From assembly GCF_000008645.1 (NCBI RefSeq), contig NC_000916.1, positions 360,001-392,000 of the forward strand: 32,000 nt of DNA, given 5' to 3'. The translations under genes and the position numbers were made by a program. Of this stretch, positions 1 to 7,516 are shown piece after piece (the stretch's first letter is position 1; each line of letters opens with the position of its first letter). The notes beneath the pieces were generated by a model, which saw only the letters and a list, made by a program, of their open reading frames with translations, was not told the origin of the DNA and searched no databases. The DNA is from Methanothermobacter thermautotrophicus str. Delta H (GTDB lineage: Archaea; Methanobacteriota; Methanobacteria; Methanobacteriales; Methanothermobacteraceae).

Positions 1-1
1 T

Positions 2-466
2 GAGTTGACCGTGAGTGGAGTTGTAATTCTCTGGGTCTCCATAACGGTTATACAGCTCATAAGGAAGCTCCTCACATCCATCACGAGGGAGGCCCTCCAG
101 GACACCATGGGCGTGGATGAACTGAAGGAGGGCATGATACTCGCAAGCACCCTCTACAGGAAGGGCGATGAATACTACTTCGATGACAGTTCACTCCTTG
201 ACAGGTTCCGGACAGCTGCGAGGACCGGTGATGTATCTGCACTGACCTACAGGGGTGAACCTGTGGTGTCTGCCATGGCAGCCGGTCTCCGGGAGGAGGA
301 GATTGAGACCCTCAGGGACCTTGTATCCAGGGGCAAGATAAAGGATGAGTTCCGGATAAGACGCGGTATGCCCTTTGCTCCTGCAATCTTCATAGGGCTC
401 CTGGTTTCACTCCTTATAGGGGACCTTGCAATGATACTGTTCAGGTTATTTGACATCATATTCTAG
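2..466 (+). CDS. Prepilin/preflagellin peptidase (A24 family, FlaK/EppA-like), C-terminal portion; gene starts upstream of the window
   Basis: The frame is open back to position 2, so the TTG at 5 is only the first possible start in the track. The fragment has a TM segment, a soluble insert of about 110 aa, and a terminal TM reading RRGMPFAPAIFIGLLVSLLIGD. That end resembles the P-x-I-P...LV..IGD C-terminus of archaeal FlaK as I recall it. The gene lies directly upstream of pilin-like genes. The catalytic Asp motifs would be upstream and are not visible. Confidence 0.5.
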   Translation, partial: ELTVSGVVILWVSITVIQLIRKLLTSITREALQDTMGVDELKEGMILASTLYRKGDEYYFDDSSLLDRFRTAARTGDVSALTYRGEPVVSAMAAGLREEEIETLRDLVSRGKIKDEFRIRRGMPFAPAIFIGLLVSLLIGDLAMILFRLFDIIF

Positions 467-542
467 TTCAGGTGGTGAGGGTTACCGGTCTGGTGAGCCA
501 GATAACGGGGTGGGCACTGCCATGATCTCCCGGATGTTCACC

Positions 543-553
543 AAATATATAAG
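543..553 (+). promoter_or_regulatory. Putative archaeal TATA box for the first pilin gene
   Basis: aaatatataag lies about 48 nt upstream of the ATG at 600. The GGTGAT RBS at about 590-595 falls between them. Confidence 0.35.
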
Positions 554-599
554 TGTAGCCCTACAGAATCTAATGCAGAGATGTTTAAAGGTGATCTAT

Positions 600-1031
600 A
601 TGGATAGCAGGGGACAGGTCTCCCTGGAGTACCTTCTGCTGATACTCGTGGTCCTCCTCATCCTTGGAGGAGTAACGATACCCCTCATAGGAAGTTCAAT
701 TGAGGCAAGCACTGATGTTTCAAGGGCATCAGATGCCAAGGTGGCTGTTCAGACCATTGCAAATGCGGCTGACATAGTATACGCCAACGGGCCGGGTGCA
801 AAGAGGACGGTGAGCTTCTACATACCGGTTGATGGAGTCCTCATCACCGGCAATAACAGCGTCATATTCACAGTCACCTACACCAACGGCACGGTATCAA
901 ATATAACTGCACCGACACAGTACAACGTGACATCACAGTCCGTGCAGGTGCAGAGGGGATGGTACACGGCTGTCATATACTGGCCACTGAATTCAAACAA
1001 CGTTGTTGTAACGAATGTGACAAGGAAGTAG
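600..1031 (+). CDS. Type IV pilin-like protein with class III signal peptide (DUF361-type)
   Basis: The N-terminus from ATG 600 is MDSRG|QVSLEYLLLILVVLLILGG: a short charged leader, Gly at -1, Gln at +1, Glu at +5 and a hydrophobic helix. An aaaGGTGATc RBS sits just upstream. The C-terminal part carries several N-x-S/T sequons. The track start at 450 includes the promoter and RBS and is unlikely to be coding. Confidence 0.8.
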   Translation: MDSRGQVSLEYLLLILVVLLILGGVTIPLIGSSIEASTDVSRASDAKVAVQTIANAADIVYANGPGAKRTVSFYIPVDGVLITGNNSVIFTVTYTNGTVSNITAPTQYNVTSQSVQVQRGWYTAVIYWPLNSNNVVVTNVTRK

Positions 1032-1039
1032 GTGATTGA

Positions 1040-1939
1040 ATGGATTTCTTCTCAAGACTCGGCAGTGCAGTGATAGCTCTATTTAACATCATGGGAACCG
1101 TCATATTTGAACTGGTAAGGCTCCCCGGGAGGATAAGGAGGGCTGCCTCAGGTCTGCGGGAGGGACTCTCCAGGGTCGAGGTGGATGAAATACGGGATAA
1201 AATTCATGACAAAACAAGGACGATAGGGGAGCGAATACCGGTGCAGCGTGATGAGGAGGTCAGGGAGATCCTTGAGGAGGCACGAAACCATGACATCAGG
1301 ATACCTGAGGACGACGCACCCATAATAATCAGGACACCCCAATTTGACCCGGCAGAGAAGGAGAATGCTGTCCTCAAACTCCAGATTGCAGCCTCACTCT
1401 TCATCATAATATCCATAGTCTATGTCTTCAACTTCATATCCATCCTTGTGTTCCTTCCGGCTGCCCTTCTGCTCCTAGCTCTCCTCCTTTACATACTCTA
1501 CAGACAGATAAGGGTAATGTACCCCGGGGACTTTGAGGCCTACAGGGACTTCTTCCTCATGTACGTGGCTGTGGGTGTGGTTATAATCCTTGTCTCAGGC
1601 AACTCGGCCCTGACAATGGCGTTTCCATTCGTATTCTTCCCTGCCCTCACAACGCTCCTCTTCGCGGTGATCGCGGTTGCAGCGGTCTTCCTGATATTCA
1701 GGGTGAGGTATGTGCGTGACTACACCTTCGGTGAGGTTATAGAGGTGGGTGAGAACACCTCCTATGTACGTGTTGACTATGATATAAGGAGCAACGTCAA
1801 ACCCGATGTTTACATAGTTGAGAATAATGGCTTCCATGTTGATGTCCATGATACTGTGAAGCTTGCAGTTGAGGGCTCGGTCATGAGCATGAGGGGTAAC
1901 AGGCCGGTGAGGATAATAGGAGTGGAAGGCCTCCGCTGA
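1040..1939 (+). CDS. Polytopic membrane protein of unknown function embedded in the pilus-like locus
   Basis: A GGTGAT RBS precedes the ATG. The protein has a charged cytoplasmic N-terminal region, about 4-5 hydrophobic helices (residues about 120-225) and a soluble C-terminal domain of about 70 aa. I recognise no catalytic motif. Confidence 0.6.
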   Translation: MDFFSRLGSAVIALFNIMGTVIFELVRLPGRIRRAASGLREGLSRVEVDEIRDKIHDKTRTIGERIPVQRDEEVREILEEARNHDIRIPEDDAPIIIRTPQFDPAEKENAVLKLQIAASLFIIISIVYVFNFISILVFLPAALLLLALLLYILYRQIRVMYPGDFEAYRDFFLMYVAVGVVIILVSGNSALTMAFPFVFFPALTTLLFAVIAVAAVFLIFRVRYVRDYTFGEVIEVGENTSYVRVDYDIRSNVKPDVYIVENNGFHVDVHDTVKLAVEGSVMSMRGNRPVRIIGVEGLR

Positions 1940-2015
1940 TTAATAACCCTTAATTTTTCAGATTCTATGCGGAACCTTAATGTTGCACTGAAAAATCAAA
2001 TATCAGGGATATCGC

Positions 2016-2399
2016 CTATATCTGGACCGTGTATGTCCTGTCCCCAAGTCTGACGGTGGTGCTGTTAACCGGTTTCACACCGCTGACGGTGAGGAGTGAC
2101 TCCACAGTCCTGTTGATGACCAGGGCACGGTACTCAGGGGGAACCGGCCTTTCAAAGGAGATGCTTATCACCCTGTTGCTCCCGCCGGTGATCTTTATGC
2201 CGGTGACCCTCATGGGTTTCATCGATACATTCGTATAGGACATCTCAGATATGGCGCCGGTCGCGCCCTCCCTGGCAGCGGTTGCGATGCTGTTTTCCTG
2301 TGACTGGGGGCCTGCGATTGATGAGAAAACAAGTACAATTACCACTATGAATGAAACGATCAAAAGAAACTCGGCTGATATCTGTCCCCTGAAGTCCAT
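2016..2399 (-). CDS. Type IV pilin-like protein with class III signal peptide (DUF361-type)
   Basis: The N-terminus is MDFRG|QISAEFLLIVSFIVVIVLVF, the same leader architecture as the 600-1031 product (RGQ, Glu at +5). The protein is 127 aa. Confidence 0.8.
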   Translation of the reverse strand: MDFRGQISAEFLLIVSFIVVIVLVFSSIAGPQSQENSIATAAREGATGAISEMSYTNVSMKPMRVTGIKITGGSNRVISISFERPVPPEYRALVINRTVESLLTVSGVKPVNSTTVRLGDRTYTVQI

Positions 2400-2413
2400 A
2401 ATACATCCCTCAC

Positions 2414-2446
2414 GTTGATATATGGATGAGGAAATATATAATAATA
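2414..2446. promoter_or_regulatory. AT-rich divergent promoter region between two pilin-like genes
   Basis: gatatatgg and aaatatataataata boxes lie between the divergent starts at 2399 (-) and 2490 (+). The minus-strand gene would have little or no leader. Confidence 0.3.
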
Positions 2447-2489
2447 GTCACTGTCATAGATTATGTTATAAAATGGAAAGGGGATAAGC

Positions 2490-2849
2490 TTGAGGGATTT
2501 ACTGTCTGATAGAAGGGGATTTGCATTTTCACTGGACGTACTCCTGGCCATCATACCATTAACAATACTGCTCGGTATGCTGGCAGCTGACATGGACAAC
2601 ATCATGTATCTCACCCAGAGCACCGTCTATCAGAGCTCCCTTGACCGTCAGGCATCTGATGTAGCCGACGCCCTGGTGGAGTCATCCGGTATTCCACCTG
2701 ACTGGGAACAGAAGGGAAACCCGGATAGCATAGGACTTGCAAGGTACGACCCGGTCAGAAAAATTCCCCAGAAGAACTATCTCTCCCCTGCCAAGATCGC
2801 GGGGATTAACACAACGAATATGGGGGAACTGGTGGGTCCCGAGTATTGA
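2490..2849 (+). CDS. Pilin-like protein with class III signal peptide, N-terminal segment (ends at an in-frame TGA)
   Basis: A TTG start follows a ggaaaGGGGAt RBS. The leader is MRDLLSDRRG|FAFSLDVLLAIIPLTILLGML. The stop at 2847-2849 is followed by an open reading frame in the same frame. Confidence 0.65.
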   Translation: MRDLLSDRRGFAFSLDVLLAIIPLTILLGMLAADMDNIMYLTQSTVYQSSLDRQASDVADALVESSGIPPDWEQKGNPDSIGLARYDPVRKIPQKNYLSPAKIAGINTTNMGELVGPEY

Positions 2850-2885
2850 TACTACATCAACATAAGCACCACCGAGGGTCTCACA

Positions 2886-3374
2886 GTGAGGACCCTGGGG
2901 ACACTCAACACCAGCGCCCCTGACATTGCAAGGGTTGAACGCTACGTCCTCACAACAAAGGTGGAGCGTGTTGGTTCACTGGAGGGCCTCATAAGGGACG
3001 CCGGGCAGCCAAGGACATACACAACCAACTTCCCCACCAATGATGCCTATCTGAGGATATATGACTACTGGGTCCTTGTTATAAACAGGGGGTACGATTC
3101 TGCCTTCGTGGATGTTAACAACAACCGTGTCGTGCCACCAAATGAGATAAACAGGCATATAACCGAGATAAAGAAGCAGATAAATGAGACCTACCTCTAC
3201 AATTACACAGAGTTCAGGGACAACATACTGAGTGTCAGGACCCAGAGTAACCCCGGGGCTTCCATGGATGTATACATCCTTGCAGCGCCGAAGGGGACAC
3301 CCCCAGGGCAGATAACACTGGACAATGTGAGGGTAAAACCCGCAAGGTTCGTCCTGTATCTCTGGTTAAAGTGA
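2886..3374 (+). CDS. Probable C-terminal continuation of the 2490 pilin-like gene (same frame, no signal peptide of its own)
   Basis: This ORF is in the same frame as 2490-2849. Codons 2850-2885 (YYINISTTEGLT) are also open. The product has sequons but no N-terminal hydrophobic segment. The first possible start is GTG at 2886. Confidence 0.55.
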   Translation: MRTLGTLNTSAPDIARVERYVLTTKVERVGSLEGLIRDAGQPRTYTTNFPTNDAYLRIYDYWVLVINRGYDSAFVDVNNNRVVPPNEINRHITEIKKQINETYLYNYTEFRDNILSVRTQSNPGASMDVYILAAPKGTPPGQITLDNVRVKPARFVLYLWLK

Positions 3375-3389
3375 TTGAAAGGTGATGAA

Positions 3390-5378
3390 ATGATCCGTGG
3401 TTTCAATGATGATGAGGGTGGATTCATATTCACAACGGACGCAGTACTGGCACTCATAGTTGTATTCATATTCACAGCGTCAATCGTAACCTACTTCGCC
3501 CTGCCCAGTTACATGGGGGCTGACCACCAGCACCTTGAGGCCCTCGCAGCGGATGCACTGGATATTATGAGGCAGGACGGGACCCTCTACTCTGCAGCCG
3601 CCATGTACTCACGCAACAACACCGCGGGGGCAGAGAACCTCATAGAGTCCGAGTTACAGTCCCTGCTACCTCCAGGGGTTGGTTATGAGTTCAAGATGGG
3701 GCCATATCCGACCCTGAGGAACGATAGCGGCATACTCGTCTCAAGGGACACTGCATCAAGGGCCATCGTTATTTCAGGACCTGAGGAGGGCTGGCTCGGA
3801 CGCGCATGGTACAAGATGGAGGAGGTCACCCTCGAGGACCAGGAGATAAACTCAACAACAACGGTCTGGAACTTCCATAACTGGCTTAGTAACTACTGGA
3901 GCAGTCTCTATTATAGACCATACTGGGGTTACCAGACAGCCCCCAGAAACATCAGCTTCTCTGTCCCATCAACCAGTATCAACTGGGGAAGGTTTCTCCT
4001 GGGGTCCTGCAACCGGCGGAACCGGTCATCCTACGGGGCGAATGTTGTTATAAACAATGTGCCGCATATCGTGAGAAACGACAGTTTCACCTTCCTCAAC
4101 CTCCGTCCCGGGACCACGAGGGAGCTCATGTACAACTATCAGGGTAACATCACATCCCTCACCGGCGGAAGCAACAACTTCTATGTCCAGTTCACAAACA
4201 TGACCACAACAGGGAGCAGCGACTATGACCTTCCCTGGTTCTCAATAATAGCCAACTACACAACCACCATAAAGGTCCCGAAGGGTATCATCACCCGGAC
4301 CTTCCAGTTCAATGATGCTGCGGGACTGGCGGTGCCAAGCCTCACAAGGTTAGATACGAATGGGACCCTAGGTTACGGACGTATATATGACCTGAACACG
4401 GGCACAGTCACCAGCCTCAACACCAGGAGGGTAATAACCTGGAACAGCATGGTCAGACAGAATCATGCCTACTCAGACGGTCTCCCCTTTGTAATTGATA
4501 GCGTTAATGGTTGGACTGCTGATGGTTCCGCGGTGAGCGTCACCCAGGACATACCGATACCTCCCGGTTCAAGGATACTTGACGCCTACACCGTCGTGAA
4601 CCCATACGGTGGTGTTGACGATGCCCTGGTGGAGGTCTGGAACGGCACAGCATGGAATGTGGCCTTCTGTTCATTTGATTACGGAGGCGTGGATTACAGT
4701 ACAGTCAGTGACGGATACGGTAACGTGCCGGGGATAGTCTACATCAGGGACTACCTCCGGGCTGGCCAGACAAACAGGGTCCGCGTCACAATATGGGACA
4801 ACGTTCCGGGACAGGACTACGACCTCGTGGGTCTTGTTGACTCCTACTCCACGGTATCATACACATCACTCCCGATCCAGTGGCACAACTATCCCTTCAA
4901 CAGTTACCAGAACTCAACAAATGTATCAGCACCTGTTAGACAGTTCACCATAGGATCAGACGCCAAGAAGTTCCTCCTCTTTGTTGGGGCAGGCCTGGAT
5001 ACTAAGTCGATTAAGGTTGAGGTTAAAAACTCAACCAGTGCCTGGACCCAGCTCTACAGCGGGCCGGTGCCATTCTCCCTGGATATCGGGGCCATCGATG
5101 TGGCCGGGAGCAGGATATTCACGACAGGCGGAAACCCCGGCAACTACAGCACAAGGCCCGGCACATACAATATCCGTGTAACCATAAACTCAGGTGCTGG
5201 ATGGGAGTCAGGGGACTCCAACGCCGAGATATACTCCGGTACACGGGTGGCCGTGATCTACCCGAAATTCCTGGCCAACATGTGGGCCACAGAATACGCC
5301 AATGATGCATACACGGCCCAGGCCCTTGCCAGGCAGGAGCTCATAGCCATGCTCCAGGGCATCAGGTTACAGCATTGA
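3390..5378 (+). CDS. Large (about 660 aa) pilin-like/adhesin-like secreted protein with prepilin-type N-terminus
   Basis: ATG 3390 follows an aaGGTGATg RBS; the track start TTG 3375 is also possible. The leader is MIRGFNDDEGG|FIFTTDAVLALIVVFIFTASIV. I count 15 N-x-S/T sequons. There are no further TM segments. Confidence 0.75.
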   Translation: MIRGFNDDEGGFIFTTDAVLALIVVFIFTASIVTYFALPSYMGADHQHLEALAADALDIMRQDGTLYSAAAMYSRNNTAGAENLIESELQSLLPPGVGYEFKMGPYPTLRNDSGILVSRDTASRAIVISGPEEGWLGRAWYKMEEVTLEDQEINSTTTVWNFHNWLSNYWSSLYYRPYWGYQTAPRNISFSVPSTSINWGRFLLGSCNRRNRSSYGANVVINNVPHIVRNDSFTFLNLRPGTTRELMYNYQGNITSLTGGSNNFYVQFTNMTTTGSSDYDLPWFSIIANYTTTIKVPKGIITRTFQFNDAAGLAVPSLTRLDTNGTLGYGRIYDLNTGTVTSLNTRRVITWNSMVRQNHAYSDGLPFVIDSVNGWTADGSAVSVTQDIPIPPGSRILDAYTVVNPYGGVDDALVEVWNGTAWNVAFCSFDYGGVDYSTVSDGYGNVPGIVYIRDYLRAGQTNRVRVTIWDNVPGQDYDLVGLVDSYSTVSYTSLPIQWHNYPFNSYQNSTNVSAPVRQFTIGSDAKKFLLFVGAGLDTKSIKVEVKNSTSAWTQLYSGPVPFSLDIGAIDVAGSRIFTTGGNPGNYSTRPGTYNIRVTINSGAGWESGDSNAEIYSGTRVAVIYPKFLANMWATEYANDAYTAQALARQELIAMLQGIRLQH

Positions 5379-5465
5379 CCCCTCACTGATAAGGACAGAG
5401 GCACTCTACACCGGGGATATACCGAACTCCCTGCCGGTTAGATTAACACTATGGAGGGATTGATT

Positions 5466-6515
5466 ATGGGGATAATTGGCGATGAGGATGGATACGCATT
5501 CACACCCCTCGCAGTGCTCCTCTTCATACCGGTCATCATAATAGCCATATCATACGGGGACATCGTCAACGAGGCCAACATGCTGGCAGCACTCTCAACG
5601 GGTGGTGATGTCACCATAACCGTTGTGGGTTCAATATATTCAACTGTGGAGAAGGCTGCGGCTGACGCCGGACGTAACGCGGCCTACAATGCATCAAGGA
5701 ATGTCATAGACAATGCAGAGTTCTTCCCGCAGGGGACAAGCAAGGCGAATATAACAGAGAACGTTGTGAATGCCCTGAATGACAACATCATAAACACGTC
5801 CCTGGAACTTGAAAGGCAGACCGGTCGCCAGATCTACATCAACAATGTACCCATAAACAATTACACCAGCGCCACATTCACAACCTCCGACGTGACCCTT
5901 ACACAGGACGACCCCTTCGGGTTCAGGGTTGAGATAAGGAGGGGCATACCCCTGAAGATTGTCCAGCAGGACCAGGTCTATGAGTTCACACTCCCGCCGG
6001 TCTCATCATATGTGAGCCTTGAGGGTATAGAGGACCCCTACATATGGATAAACACGAAGTTCCGTACAAGTAACGTCATATACAAGTACCCATACTATGC
6101 AACTAACGGTACCTACGCCGATTACCGCCTGAATGAGAGTGTTGATAATGAGGGCCACCTTCAGAACCTGTGGTACTGTCTTAACGGGACAGATAACTCC
6201 AGTAACATCACCCCGAGGCCCTACTACTTTGTGGATCCCAATGGACTCTCCTTCTTTGACCGGCTTGAGAACCGTTCAAGCTCCGCTGATCCTGCCTACG
6301 CAAGGATGAGCACCTTCATAATAGGGGATCCGCTCCTGGAGGACCACAACGGCAACCAGTACATATCAAAGGTCGACAGGGAGTACTTCCTTGGAATCGC
6401 AGGTACAACCATAAAGGTCAGGAAAAATGACATGTACGACCCGCTGGGGGCACCCTTCTGTCTCTCAGCAACCTACAAGAACCTCCTAGGTCTTGCTGCA
6501 AACAACTACAATTAA
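5466..6515 (+). CDS. Pilin-like secreted protein with prepilin-type N-terminus
   Basis: ATG 5466 follows a GGAGGG RBS; ATG 5451 is an alternative. The leader is MGIIGDEDG|YAFTPLAVLLFIPVIIIAIS. I count 10 N-x-S/T sequons. Confidence 0.7.
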   Translation: MGIIGDEDGYAFTPLAVLLFIPVIIIAISYGDIVNEANMLAALSTGGDVTITVVGSIYSTVEKAAADAGRNAAYNASRNVIDNAEFFPQGTSKANITENVVNALNDNIINTSLELERQTGRQIYINNVPINNYTSATFTTSDVTLTQDDPFGFRVEIRRGIPLKIVQQDQVYEFTLPPVSSYVSLEGIEDPYIWINTKFRTSNVIYKYPYYATNGTYADYRLNESVDNEGHLQNLWYCLNGTDNSSNITPRPYYFVDPNGLSFFDRLENRSSSADPAYARMSTFIIGDPLLEDHNGNQYISKVDREYFLGIAGTTIKVRKNDMYDPLGAPFCLSATYKNLLGLAANNYN

Positions 6516-6545
6516 TGTTTTGAGTCAGCAGTTAAAGGTGATCCA

Positions 6546-6938
6546 ATGGATGAAGGTGGAGTTTTAAGTATAGATTTCCTCTTTGCAACACTGATAGCCC
6601 TCATAATAATTGCGGGTATGGTCAGCATGGTGGACAGTGAACTCTCAAGGACACAGGCCGGTGAACTGGGCCAGGCAAGGATGATGGGTGAACGTGTTGC
6701 AGGTGCCGTCAATGCAGCATACACCAATGGTCCAGGGTTTGCCGTTAACCTTACACTACCCTCTGATTTTCCCTACACAGTTGAGGTGAGGAACGGGCAG
6801 GTCACCGTGTTCTACAAATCCCAGAGGATCAAACTGAGTATCATACCGAAGGTGAATGTGACCACAACCAACATGACCCCTGGAAAATACACTGTGAGGA
6901 ACCAGAACGGTACAATAACCGTAACGAAGATAACCTGA
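6546..6938 (+). CDS. Small pilin-like protein with prepilin-type N-terminus
   Basis: An aaaGGTGATcc RBS precedes the start. The leader is MDEGG|VLSIDFLFATLIALIIIAGMV. The protein is 130 aa with sequons in the C-terminal half. Confidence 0.75.
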   Translation: MDEGGVLSIDFLFATLIALIIIAGMVSMVDSELSRTQAGELGQARMMGERVAGAVNAAYTNGPGFAVNLTLPSDFPYTVEVRNGQVTVFYKSQRIKLSIIPKVNVTTTNMTPGKYTVRNQNGTITVTKIT

Positions 6939-6982
6939 GCACTGTGAGGAACCGGTACAATAACGGTAATGAAGATACTGAG
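6891..6982 (+). repeat. Imperfect tandem duplication of the 3' end of the 6546-6938 gene
   Basis: Copy 1 (6891-6939) is actgtgaggaaccagaacggtacaataaccgtaacgaagataacctgag. Copy 2 (6941-6982) is actgtgaggaaccggtacaataacggtaatgaagatactgag. They differ by two substitutions and two small deletions (5 nt and 2 nt). Confidence 0.85.
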
Positions 6983-7032
6983 ATCCTGATACGCCAATGA
7001 GCTGACATTATGAGATTTAAGGAGGAAATACC

Positions 7033-7437
7033 TTGCTTGATGATCTTAGATGGGAATATAAGGCCCTCATACTTATCGGCATAGTCACAATTTCAATAGT
7101 AATCTACTCATACAGCTCCTTCAATTCAGGTGAAAGGGAGCGGATTTCAGATTCCAGCCCTGTTGAGCCTCAGCCCCAGCCGGTGCCCATCAACATCCCC
7201 AACATGACATCAGAGAACACCAGCAGCAGCACAGAGAATGTAACAGCCGAGGAGGCAAGGCAGATAGCCGGTGAATCGGGTTACACTGCGGGCCAGCCAT
7301 CGAGGGGTTCAATCACTATAAACGGTACCGATGTTCCTGTCTGGGTTGTTCCGCTTCAGAGGGGTGGCAGGACCGTCAGGGAGGTCTATGTCAGTATTGA
7401 GGGCGGCCAGATAGTTGGCAAGAGGGAATTCCAGTGA
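7033..7437 (+). CDS. Membrane-anchored PepSY-like domain protein
   Basis: An AAGGAGG RBS precedes the TTG start. The protein has one N-terminal TM, a Pro/Ser-rich linker, then a pattern resembling PepSY domains: ...TAEEARQIA...VWVVPLQRGGRTVREVYVSIEGGQIVGK. Confidence 0.5.
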   Translation: MLDDLRWEYKALILIGIVTISIVIYSYSSFNSGERERISDSSPVEPQPQPVPINIPNMTSENTSSSTENVTAEEARQIAGESGYTAGQPSRGSITINGTDVPVWVVPLQRGGRTVREVYVSIEGGQIVGKREFQ

Positions 7438-7516
7438 GCCATCTGATCACAAGATATTTAAGTTCCCATGAAATACTATTGATAAACTGTTAAAAAGCCT
7501 TCTATAAGGATCTGCG

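Noticed and set aside
450-599. 50-codon N-terminal extension of the first pilin ORF (track start at 450, overlapping the peptidase gene end)
   Set aside because: The extension contains a TATA-like box (543-553) and the GGTGAT RBS for ATG 600. A class III signal peptide must also be at the extreme N-terminus. ATG 600 is therefore the credible start.
2847-2849. In-frame TGA as a selenocysteine codon
   Set aside because: As far as I know, among archaea Sec decoding is confined mainly to Methanococcales and Methanopyrus, not Methanobacteriales. The flanking Y-*-Y-Y context is not a redox motif, and I see no obvious SECIS-like 3' structure. Nonsense mutation, sequencing error or read-through is more plausible.
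3375-5465. Alternative upstream starts TTG 3375 (MKGDEM..) and ATG 5451 (MEGLIM..) for two pilin-like genes
   Set aside because: RBS-like GGTGAT/GGAGGG motifs lie inside these extensions, at correct spacing for ATG 3390 and ATG 5466. The upstream starts cannot be fully excluded and would add only 5 residues each.
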